Virus record (IMG/VR): IMGVR_UViG_3300006339_000005
Span: 1-64,000 of that record
Length of the DNA stretch: 64,000 nt
DNA from: a virus
Strand: one strand, 5' to 3'
The position numbers were made by a program, and so were the translations under genes. This document shows, one piece after another, positions 17,587 through 28,000 of this stretch (positions are counted from its first letter, which is position 1; each line of letters starts with the position of its first letter). Below the pieces are notes generated by a model that saw only the letters and a list, made by a program, of their open reading frames with translations, ran no database searches and was not told where the DNA came from.

Positions 17587-19065
17587 GTGGCTGTAGGTCG
17601 TATATCAGGTCCGCTACTAAAGTCGAACCTCATCAGAAATGGTGTGGATTTAGCCTTTGAGACGGATTTACTTTATCTGGATGTTAATAACAGCAGAGTA
17701 GGTATCAAAACCGCTTCACCCCAATACGCACTAGACGTTAACGGAACTACAAGATCAACTGATTTAGTTACAACAGGAACAGCATTTATCGGAGATGTAA
17801 GAATTTCTGGTAACACAGTTCATACTGTTGGTAACGTATTAAACCTTACAACTGTCGGCACAGACAAAGTTGTTTCATTAAAAACTTTTGAAATAGATGA
17901 TTTAAGATTTGACACTAACGTAATTTCTACGACAGTATCTAACGCAAACCTTGACATTATACCTAATGGAACAGGTGAAGTTAATATTCAAGCAAATACT
18001 AATATTACTGGTGATTTAGATGTTACAGGAAATGTTACAGCTACAGGAGATGTTACTGTAGGTGGAAATGTCCAACTTGGTGATGAAGCTACGGATACTA
18101 TTAGCATCATAGCTGGAATTACTAGTGATATTAAACCGGCAGAAACAGCAAAATATAATTTAGGAACACCAACACAATCTTGGAATTCTTTACATACTTC
18201 AAGTGCATATATCGATGATATTCAAATTGATACTGGTACTATCCAAAATACAGTATCTAATGCAAACTTAGAATTACGCACAAACGGTTCAGGTGCTATT
18301 ATTATTGATGATTTTGTTATAAAAAATAACAGCATTCAAACAGCTTCTAGCAATATTACAATGACTCCTGGTAGTGGAGTAGTTGATATTAACACTACAG
18401 GAAGTATTAGAATTCCTGCAGGAACAACTGCCCAAAGACCAACTGTACCAGCAGTAGGTATGATACGTTATAATACAACTACAAGTAGATTTGAAGGATA
18501 TGATGGTAACTGGATTGTATTAACAGGTGTATATGACTTAGATGCTGATACGTATATTACAGCAGAATTAACACCAGGTGCTAATGACGATATTATTAGA
18601 TTTTACTCTGCAGGAACTGAAATTGCAAGTATTACACAAACAGAATTTAATGTGTCAAAACTTCTAATAGATGACATCCAAATTGATGGTAATACTATTA
18701 GTACAACTACTTTAAATACAGATTTAAACTTGCTACCAAATGGTACTGGTGGAGTTAACATTGATAATATCCGCATTAGCGGTAGTGAAATAAATAATAG
18801 TGTAAGCGGTGCGGCTACTAGATTTACTGGTACAGGCACTGGTTATGTAGAAATTGAAGGTACTGACGGCGTTGTACTTCCGGTAGGAACTTCAGCAGAA
18901 AGACATCCAGCTCCTCCATTAGGAATGACTCGTTGGAATACTACAGATGGTAGGTTAGAGATTTATAACAGTACAAGTTGGGAATCAGTTGCAGGAACAT
19001 CTGGTTCTGTATCAACAACAGATGCTGAAAATATAGCATTACAGGTTGTGTTAAGTTTAGGATAA
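17587..19065 (+). CDS. Fibre protein, paralog of 15123-17444 (492 aa, GTG start)
   Basis: Repeated IDDI.I..N.I.T...NA.L.L..NG.G.V units and IP.GTTAQRP..GM.RYNTT knobs. Confidence 0.8.
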   Translation: MAVGRISGPLLKSNLIRNGVDLAFETDLLYLDVNNSRVGIKTASPQYALDVNGTTRSTDLVTTGTAFIGDVRISGNTVHTVGNVLNLTTVGTDKVVSLKTFEIDDLRFDTNVISTTVSNANLDIIPNGTGEVNIQANTNITGDLDVTGNVTATGDVTVGGNVQLGDEATDTISIIAGITSDIKPAETAKYNLGTPTQSWNSLHTSSAYIDDIQIDTGTIQNTVSNANLELRTNGSGAIIIDDFVIKNNSIQTASSNITMTPGSGVVDINTTGSIRIPAGTTAQRPTVPAVGMIRYNTTTSRFEGYDGNWIVLTGVYDLDADTYITAELTPGANDDIIRFYSAGTEIASITQTEFNVSKLLIDDIQIDGNTISTTTLNTDLNLLPNGTGGVNIDNIRISGSEINNSVSGAATRFTGTGTGYVEIEGTDGVVLPVGTSAERHPAPPLGMTRWNTTDGRLEIYNSTSWESVAGTSGSVSTTDAENIALQVVLSLG

Positions 19066-19070
19066 TATAG

Positions 19071-19400
19071 ATGGCAACATTTTTTAAAAATAAAGTAATT
19101 AAAAATATAGGAACTGTACCAGTTGAAATAGTATCAGTGCCTTCAGCTTCAAAATGTACAGGAATTGGTTTAAGTGTTGCTAACCTATTAGACGGAAATA
19201 CACGAGTTAGTATTACAGTTAGAGATGATACTAGTGTTACAGGATATTATGTTAAAGATGTTATGATAGCCCCGAATGCAAGTTTACGAGCAATTAATGG
19301 TGGCGAAAAATTAATTCTGCCGGGAGATAATATTTTATATGTTTCGGCGGATCAAGATGACGCAGTTGATGTCATCTTTAGCTTTGTGGAGATTGTATAA
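19071..19400 (+). CDS. Small fibre adaptor protein (109 aa)
   Basis: Paralog of 14252 and 35229 (GGEKLILPGDNILYV). Confidence 0.7.
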   Translation: MATFFKNKVIKNIGTVPVEIVSVPSASKCTGIGLSVANLLDGNTRVSITVRDDTSVTGYYVKDVMIAPNASLRAINGGEKLILPGDNILYVSADQDDAVDVIFSFVEIV

Positions 19401-19786
19401 TGAGTTATGTAGGTTCAGAACCCTTACAAAGACAAACTGGTGAACGTTATTTTTATGCTTTACGCAGAGACGACGATGGACAATTGTTTATAGCTAAAGT
19501 TGATATAGCATCTCCAACAGACTCAGTAGCAATTAATAAACCAGGTGGAACAGTTGATAACTTTCCTGATTTCCAAGATGGTGCAGATTTCTTTGAAGGA
19601 AGAAATCCTAATCATACTTTAGTTTATGAGAATTTACAATTTGAACAAATGCGTTGGGATGATAAAAATATTTATTACTTCGTAAACGAAGAAGGCGAAT
19701 TTGTTTTAAGAATTAATACCCCATATACCTACCCAACAGGTATATCAGGTGAATTTAAGGATGACCAGTTTATAACAGGATACTAA
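19400..19786 (+). CDS. Hypothetical virion protein (128 aa)
   Basis: TAATG-coupled ORF within the structural operon. Confidence 0.7.
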   Translation: MSYVGSEPLQRQTGERYFYALRRDDDGQLFIAKVDIASPTDSVAINKPGGTVDNFPDFQDGADFFEGRNPNHTLVYENLQFEQMRWDDKNIYYFVNEEGEFVLRINTPYTYPTGISGEFKDDQFITGY

Positions 19787-19787
19787 T

Positions 19788-22700
19788 ATGGCTGAATTTA
19801 ATATTGCAAGAATAAGGTATACATGGAAAGACTCCTGGACTGGAGCTACAGTATACATTAAAGATGATATAGTACGAGTTGGTGGTAATACCTATGTTTG
19901 TATGATTGGCCATACTTCTAATGCAACTACTTTCTTAGATGATTTAAATTATACTCCAAAGTCTTATTGGCTATTACATACTGAAGGTTACGAATGGAGA
20001 GGTGACTGGACAGTAGCTACAAGATACGTAAAAAATGATTTAATAAAATATAATGCTGTCGTTTACAGAGTCTTAACTGAACACGTTTCAGGAGGAGTTA
20101 GTATTGAGGGCGACGAAGCTAAACTTCTAGCTTATGCTAAAACACCTAACTGGCGTAACGAATGGTTACCACTAACGATATATAAAATTGATGACATTAT
20201 ACGTTATAGTGGATACGTTTATCAATGTTTAGCAGAACATACATCTTCAACAACAATCGGTGGATTAGAAGTTGACCAAGCTAAATGGCTAATTGTATTT
20301 CGCGGAGACTCTTGGGACGCAGATTGGAATATTAATACAAGATACAAAAAAGATGATGTTATACGTTATGGCGGTATTGTTTATCGAACTACTATAGGAC
20401 ATACATCTGCCGCAACATTTACTTTAGGTTTAGAAAGCAATCAAGCTAACTGGGAAAAAGTAATTGACGGTGTTGATTATAAAGGAACATGGCAAGGAGC
20501 AGATGATTCATCTGGGATTCGTTATAAAGTAGGTGATATCGTAACATACGGACCTACACTATGGCGCTGTAAAGAATATCATACTTCAGAAATAGACTTT
20601 GACGAATCTAACTTTGATATATGGATGCCTGGAACAGGGTTTGAATCGGTATGGGATTCGACTGTAGATTATCAACCAGGTGACATTGTACAATATGGCG
20701 GATATACATATACGTCAATGACAAATAACATAGCTACACCACCAAGTGTTACAGGTGTATTTTATGATGGCGAAAGTTTACAAGGATTATATGACTGGGA
20801 GTTGTTAACTACTGGTTGGAATATGCGTGGCGAATGGCTTACTAACGAGCCTTACAGAACAGGTGACATTGTTAGACGTTACGGATGGTTATACATTTCT
20901 GTTAGAGATAGTCAAGGAGAAGAACCTGATTCATTAGATCCAGAACATCGTTCTTATTATGATCCAGGAGAAACTACAGATCCAAATTCCGTACCAATAT
21001 ATTGGGCACTTGTTAATACTGGAGATTATTATAGAGGCGAATGGACTGATGACGCTGGTACAATTTATACACTAGGTGATGTTACTGTACATAAAAGTAC
21101 TACCTATGTTTGTAAACAAAGACACATGGCAGATGATTCATCACTTGTTGAACCTGATTTAGATGTAACAAATAGTTATTGGGACAAACAAATCCAAGGT
21201 GCTCTAACTAACGTTTTACAATATAAAGGTGATGTAAGAACTCATGACGGTACTGATACAAAAAGACTTGCTTTAGGTAATCCTGGTAATGCATTAAAAG
21301 TTATTGGGAATGAACCTTCATGGGAAGGACTAGGACAAATAAACAAAATCTACTTTGTTTCTGTGTCAGGTAAAGATACAGAAGGAAGTGGATTAAGCAT
21401 TAGTGCTCCATTTAAAACGATAAAATTTTGTTGTCAATATATTTTTGCAGATGAGGCAAATAGAGCCCCTGGAACAATTTATATCTCAACAGGTGTATAT
21501 GAAGAACTTTTACCTATCTCAGTTCCAAAAGGAATGACACTTCATGGTGACGGTAGACGTTCTGTAATAGTTAAACCTGCGGCTGGTTATGAATCAGTAG
21601 ATATGTTTAGACTTAGAGATACTACTGGTATTAGAGGTATGACAATGCAAGGTAAACAAGGGACATTAACTGACAAAGATGTTTATGGAACTCAAAGACC
21701 AACTGGTGGCGCTTATATAGCCTTTGATCCTGGTTCAGGACCAACTGATGAAACTGTATGGATTAAAGAAAGATCACCTTATGTAAAAAATATAAGTTCA
21801 TTTGGTGGTGGATGTGTTGGATTAAGACTTGACGGATCATTACATAATGAGGGACTTAAAACAGTTCTTGCTAATGATATGACAAACTTTCTTGATGATG
21901 GTATTAGTGTATGGCTTTCTGCAGATGCTAGAGCAGAACTTGTTTCTGTATTTTCATACTATTGTCACATAGGATATCTATGTACCGACGGTGGAAAAAT
22001 TAGAGGAACTAATGGAAATAATTCATACGGAAAATATGGATCATGTGCAATTGGAGTACTTGCAAGTGAAACACCGTTAACTGCAAAAACACATAATCAA
22101 TATTACCAAGCATCGGCCCCTGAAGTTTACAATAATGCAGATAACATTTTTGCTATAGGATATAGTCATGCAGGACAAGATTACGTTAATGCAAACTTTA
22201 GTATAACTGGATCAGGATTAGGTGTTGCTGTTGATAATACATATACAGACAAACGTAATGGTGGAATTAGTGAAATTAGATTATTAAGTCCAAGTGATTC
22301 GACTGCGGCTGGAGGTTTAGGACATTTAAGTGGTGTAAGAAACTCTGCACAAACTGGTGATACTATTTCAATTACTATTGCTCAATCAGATATTAATAAT
22401 GCATCACATTATGTCGGTAGAGCTTTTCAAACATTTACTAATGTTAGTGCGGCAGAGGCTGGTCGTCCAGCAGGTATATATCCTAATGTGCCAGCAACAA
22501 CAAACGGTAGAGGATATATTCCACAACAAGCATTTTCAATTACTGTTGACGGAACTGGAGCAGTAACACAAATTATTCCTTTAGATGGAAGTCATAGTCA
22601 TAGAGTTGGTGATACAATTACTATTTCTAATGTTAACCTTGGTAATCAAGGTGGCGTGAATAACGTAACATTTGAGGTTGCATCTATAACCGGCGGAATG

Positions 22701-25046
22701 AGAATTTATTTAGAAGAAGGTAAAGGGCGAGGACAATTTGGTATTGTTGATGAATATTTTCCAGCAACAAAACTTATTAACGTACTAAGAGAAAGCGACG
22801 GAAAGCGTGGCTGGGATCATGTTGTTTCAGGATGGACTATTGCACTTGTACTAGATGGAACTACAACTTATAGAATTGAACCTCAAGTTACAGTTGCTGA
22901 TCCAACATATACAACTGATATAGTTAATACTGGAGTAGGAGGAATATTCCAAGCGGCTTCAGGTCACGGCAATACACTAATTGCATTTACGAACGCAACT
23001 GAAAAAGCAGTATTTTCAAACTTACAAGGAGCTACTTGGGAATCGGCACCAACTGATGCTAATTGGGTTACTCCACAAGCAGTCATAAAATGTAAAGGTA
23101 AAGGAAAATATTATATTGCTGTTGGTAACGGAGCATACGTTAACTTGTCAACGGCAGGCACAGCATGGGGTAGTTCACCTTTTTCAATACCAACAGCAAA
23201 CTATGTTGATATTTGTGAAGGACCACATAATACTACATCTAATACAGTAATTGCACTTGCAGATGATTCAAATTTTGTTCAAATTAGTAGTACTGACGGA
23301 ACAACATGGCAGGCTGTCGCTATTACTGGAGGTGGTACAGGTTTTAAATGGATTGCTTACGGTAACGGTAAATGGATGGTTGTTAAACCAGATGGTACAG
23401 CTTATGAAAGTATTAATAATGGAGTAAGTTGGACGGCCGCAGTTAATGTTTGTCCAACAACTTATGACGTAACAGGATTTACTTGGGGTAATAATAGATT
23501 TGTAGCCGCTTGTAAACCTAATGGATCATTTACAGTTACTGATTTAGATCCTTCAACTACAATGATTAGTGATGGAACATCTAGTACTACTGCAACGTAT
23601 GGGTTATCATCAACGTTCTTCTTTAGCTTTACAGATTATTCAACTACAAATAGTGTATGGACTGAATCAGATAAAACAAATATTCTTGATGTGAATGAAT
23701 GGTATCTTGACTGCCAAGAAGGATTATTTATAGCAGTAAGTAGTATAGGTAAAGTAAGAACAAGTAATGGTGGTCATGTATGGATTGCACAAGCTGATCT
23801 TACACCTGGAATAGCTTTTAAATCTAACTTTAAAGGATTTACCACAGACGAAGGACCAGGATGGCCAATATTAGATACTGCTGAACAAACAACTTATGTT
23901 CATTTAAAATATGGAGCAACACCACAAGTTAGAGCAGTTGTATCCGGAGGTAGAATTTCAAAATTATTAATGACTGAACCTGGAAGCGGTTATGATGCAA
24001 GTAATCCTCCTGCTGTACAAATTATAGATACACAAAAAACACAAGATGCAGATATTGCCGTAAGAATTAATAACGGTGTATTAGGTCAACCTATATTTAG
24101 AGATAGAGGTGCTAGTTATACTAAATTTAATCAAGTAGCAATTACTGGTGACGGGTTTGCTGATCAATTCCAAACTGGTTTACATTTTATTGTTAAAGAT
24201 TTAACAGGAATACCAGGACCTGGAGATAACTTAACATTAAGTACTATTGCTGATGTAATTTATAAAATTGGAAGTGCTGAAGTATTAAGTGGAGAAGCAC
24301 CTAATATTATTGCAAAAATTTCTCTTGCACCTACTATGGGGGGTCAAGAATCGCCAGTACATGAAGAAGATATAATTATTAGACAAAATTATAGCCAAGT
24401 TAGATTAACTGGACACGATTTCTTAGATGTTGGTACTGGCACAACTACTACTTCAAATTATCCTGACATATATAAAGAAGGATATTCGTCAGTTTATCCA
24501 CCAGAACAGCAAAATGAAACTTTGGAATTTGCTGGTGGTAGGGTATTTTATGCTTCAACAGATCAAGATGGTAACTTTAGAGTTGGTGAACTATTTAAAG
24601 TTCAACAAAGTACTGGTGTTGTAACAATTAATGCTTCACAATTTGATTTACAAGGATTACAGGAACTACGATTAGGGGCTATTATTATTGGTGGAACACA
24701 AGCAGTTGTTAGAGAATTTTCTAAAGAAAATACATTTGTTGCAAACTCAAATAATATTGTTCCAACACAAAAAGCTATAGCTAGTTACATAACAAGCAGA
24801 ATTAGTGGAGGTGGTTCAAATGTAGCCGCTAACGCCATTTTAGCAGGTGTAATTAAAGTTCATAATTTAAACGAGCTTACACACGTTGGGGGGTCAAGTA
24901 TTATTGTTGACGTAATCATGCACATGGATGGTGTAAGTGGATATCCACTAGCGATGGCATATTTTAATAACGGGATCTTTTCAAGTAACTTCCAAGAAGT
25001 TTATGAGGATCCAGATGGACATTATGATGAATTGTCGTCAGGTTAA
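19788..25046 (+). CDS. Large tail fibre/appendage protein (1752 aa)
   Basis: N-terminal W..T.Y..DIV.YGG..Y.C..HTS repeats (CBM5/12-like), a pectin-lyase-like beta-helix and a WxA/YGN propeller region; collinear paralog of the 3372-aa gene. Confidence 0.85.
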   Translation: MAEFNIARIRYTWKDSWTGATVYIKDDIVRVGGNTYVCMIGHTSNATTFLDDLNYTPKSYWLLHTEGYEWRGDWTVATRYVKNDLIKYNAVVYRVLTEHVSGGVSIEGDEAKLLAYAKTPNWRNEWLPLTIYKIDDIIRYSGYVYQCLAEHTSSTTIGGLEVDQAKWLIVFRGDSWDADWNINTRYKKDDVIRYGGIVYRTTIGHTSAATFTLGLESNQANWEKVIDGVDYKGTWQGADDSSGIRYKVGDIVTYGPTLWRCKEYHTSEIDFDESNFDIWMPGTGFESVWDSTVDYQPGDIVQYGGYTYTSMTNNIATPPSVTGVFYDGESLQGLYDWELLTTGWNMRGEWLTNEPYRTGDIVRRYGWLYISVRDSQGEEPDSLDPEHRSYYDPGETTDPNSVPIYWALVNTGDYYRGEWTDDAGTIYTLGDVTVHKSTTYVCKQRHMADDSSLVEPDLDVTNSYWDKQIQGALTNVLQYKGDVRTHDGTDTKRLALGNPGNALKVIGNEPSWEGLGQINKIYFVSVSGKDTEGSGLSISAPFKTIKFCCQYIFADEANRAPGTIYISTGVYEELLPISVPKGMTLHGDGRRSVIVKPAAGYESVDMFRLRDTTGIRGMTMQGKQGTLTDKDVYGTQRPTGGAYIAFDPGSGPTDETVWIKERSPYVKNISSFGGGCVGLRLDGSLHNEGLKTVLANDMTNFLDDGISVWLSADARAELVSVFSYYCHIGYLCTDGGKIRGTNGNNSYGKYGSCAIGVLASETPLTAKTHNQYYQASAPEVYNNADNIFAIGYSHAGQDYVNANFSITGSGLGVAVDNTYTDKRNGGISEIRLLSPSDSTAAGGLGHLSGVRNSAQTGDTISITIAQSDINNASHYVGRAFQTFTNVSAAEAGRPAGIYPNVPATTNGRGYIPQQAFSITVDGTGAVTQIIPLDGSHSHRVGDTITISNVNLGNQGGVNNVTFEVASITGGMRIYLEEGKGRGQFGIVDEYFPATKLINVLRESDGKRGWDHVVSGWTIALVLDGTTTYRIEPQVTVADPTYTTDIVNTGVGGIFQAASGHGNTLIAFTNATEKAVFSNLQGATWESAPTDANWVTPQAVIKCKGKGKYYIAVGNGAYVNLSTAGTAWGSSPFSIPTANYVDICEGPHNTTSNTVIALADDSNFVQISSTDGTTWQAVAITGGGTGFKWIAYGNGKWMVVKPDGTAYESINNGVSWTAAVNVCPTTYDVTGFTWGNNRFVAACKPNGSFTVTDLDPSTTMISDGTSSTTATYGLSSTFFFSFTDYSTTNSVWTESDKTNILDVNEWYLDCQEGLFIAVSSIGKVRTSNGGHVWIAQADLTPGIAFKSNFKGFTTDEGPGWPILDTAEQTTYVHLKYGATPQVRAVVSGGRISKLLMTEPGSGYDASNPPAVQIIDTQKTQDADIAVRINNGVLGQPIFRDRGASYTKFNQVAITGDGFADQFQTGLHFIVKDLTGIPGPGDNLTLSTIADVIYKIGSAEVLSGEAPNIIAKISLAPTMGGQESPVHEEDIIIRQNYSQVRLTGHDFLDVGTGTTTTSNYPDIYKEGYSSVYPPEQQNETLEFAGGRVFYASTDQDGNFRVGELFKVQQSTGVVTINASQFDLQGLQELRLGAIIIGGTQAVVREFSKENTFVANSNNIVPTQKAIASYITSRISGGGSNVAANAILAGVIKVHNLNELTHVGGSSIIVDVIMHMDGVSGYPLAMAYFNNGIFSSNFQEVYEDPDGHYDELSSG

Positions 25047-25097
25047 AGGAATTGAATGATATGATAAATACTAACAACGTGCATTTAGGAAGAAAAA

Positions 25098-28000
25098 ATG
25101 GCTGAATTTAAACTAGGTAGAATAAGATTTATATGGAAAGGTGCTTGGGTTACAAGTACCGAATATTTCCGTGATGATATAATTCGCTACGGCGGACGAA
25201 CATATATCTGTATTTCAGGGCATACATCAGCGGTATTATTTGTAACAGACGAAGACACTAAATGGCAGAAATTTTCCGACGGTTCAGAATGGCAAAGCGA
25301 CTGGAATTCAGGCGCTGTTTACAAAGTTAATGACATTGTAAAATACGGCGGATATCTATATATTTGTAACACAGGACATACATCAGAAACTCCGGGTGGT
25401 AAATTAGAAACAGACCAAGCAAAATGGGATCTATTTTCTGAAGGGTTTGACTGGAAAGATATTTGGGAAACTAGTACACATTATAAAGTTAATGACATTG
25501 TAAAATATGGCGGAACACTTTACCTATGTACAGTCCCACATACATCTTCAGGAACATTTCAATCTGATGAAGATGGATTAGAAGCAGACAGTGACAAATG
25601 GGATATTTTTGCACAAGGTCAAGATTGGAAAACTGATTGGGTTCAAGCAACAAGATATAAAAAACACGACGAAGTAAAATACGGTGGACAACTTTATATT
25701 TGTAATGAAGGACACATTTCCGGATCAACAGTAGAAGGTTTAGAAGCAGACCAAACTAAATGGGACTACTTACATAAAGGTATAGAATATAAATCAGTTC
25801 ACGCAGGAACAACAAGATATAAAGTTAATGATGTTGTTAAGTCAGGCGGCGGACTATGGATTTGTAATAATTACCACACATCAACAACAACGTTAGCCGC
25901 AGATGTAACAGTATCAGGTAGCGTAGCAACTATTGGTACTATTAGTGGTCCTGATGCAACACGTACTGCTGGAACTTATAATGACGTAAAAGGTACAACA
26001 AGTGGTTCAGGTGATGTAGCAAACACAAGATTTAATATTGTTATTGATGGCGCAGGCGCGGCAACATCAGTTACAGTCGTTCACGGAGGTACTGGCCACG
26101 TAGCAACAGACGTAATTTCAATTCCTAATACACAAATTGGTGGATCGGGTGCAACACTTACATTTAACGTTGCATCAATTGAAAATACTACACAATGGTA
26201 TGAATTTGTTGCAGGTTTAGAATTTGAAGACAGTTGGTCAGGTGCAACAAGTTACCAACCAGGTGACTTTGTAACTTACGGTGGTTACTCTTACATTTCA
26301 AAAACAAATAATACTAACATTCTTCCGTTTGGTAACGCAGGCGACTGGGATTTATTTACAACTGGATTTAACTTACAAGGTGATTACAATAACGGTACTG
26401 CTTATAAAGTAGGTGATGTTATTAGACTTGGTGGTTACACATATCTTGCTAAAGCAAATACAACAGGTAATAGACCACCTAACTTAACTTATTGGGAAAG
26501 ATTAAACCAAGGTATTGAATGGAAAGATGCCTGGGCAGATGCAACACTTTATGATGCCGGCGATGCTGTACGAGGTATAGGAAATGTTAACTCTTATATT
26601 TGTATACTAGCACACACATCAGATGAAATTAGTGTACAAAATAGACCAGACCAAGACGTAGCAGGAACTTACTGGCAATTATTAAGTGGTGGTGTTGAAT
26701 CAGGAAACTTAACTACTGTTGGTGATTTAGTTTACTACGGTGGGTCAGGTCCTGTTAGACTACCAATTGGTACTCCTGGACAAGTATTAAAAGTTAATGC
26801 GGCTGGCGATGCTCCTGAATGGGCATACTTTGGATCAGTTGATGGTGTTTACTATGTGTCTCCAAATGGAACAGATGGTGTTGCACCAGTAGACGGAATT
26901 ACACTTGATAAACCTTGGAGATCAGTTAGATATGCATTAAATGAAATTAGAAAAGGGCCTAGAAATCCAGACGGTGCAAATTTATTAAAACGTAATAAAG
27001 CATTCTTAATGGAAGAAGCTGGTATACAATATGTTGCTTGGAAAATAGCAAATAACTCAGCACCTTTCAGTACAGGTTATACACATGACGCGGCAAAATG
27101 TAGTCGTGATATGGGAATTATTATTGATGGTTTTCTTTACGACATTGGTCATGGTGACAATCGACGTAGTGTAGCAAATGCTTTATCATTCTTTTCACTT
27201 GCTGGAGCAAGTTATATTGAAGGACAAGCATTACAAAACGTTGATGTAATTAATTACATGGTATCAGTTATTGATACTACACTTAGAAATTTAGCACCAG
27301 CAACAAATTATCAAACAACAAATGGTATTGCAGGTGGATCACAAGTTATACAAAAAATTGATGCAACAAAGAATGTTGAAGCAGGTGTTTATGCACGTAT
27401 TCAAGAATTAGCGGCAATAATTACTGATGCAATCTCGGCGGGTAGTATTTCTACTATACCACCAGAAGCATTTGCATACAATACATTATTTGTAAAAACA
27501 GGAATATACAAAGAAACATTACCAATGATTGTTCCAGAAGGAACAGCAGTTATTGGTGACGAATTACGTTCAACGGAAATTAATGCATTAGGTTCAGAAG
27601 ATTCTGTAACTACTCTTGAGCATACAACATTAACACTTAATGGATTGTTACATATTAAATCTATTATTGATAACATTTGTGTTAACGGTGCAATTACAAA
27701 AACTCCGGCAGGTGCCCACTTAACAATGGATTCATTTAGTGGCGCAGATGCTTTAAGAACAGCAGGAACATATACAGGTGTAACAGGTACAAGTTCTGGA
27801 ACAGGTACTGTAGGAACATTTGATATTGTTGTTGATGGTTCAGGTGCAGTTACAAGTATTACAGTTATTACAGCTGGGCACGGACACGTAATTAATAATA
27901 CAATTACAATTGATGATGCTAACTTAGGTGGTGGCGCCGCGGCAAACTTTACAATGGATGTTGCAACAATTGCCGCAGGTAATACACTTACACAAGATGT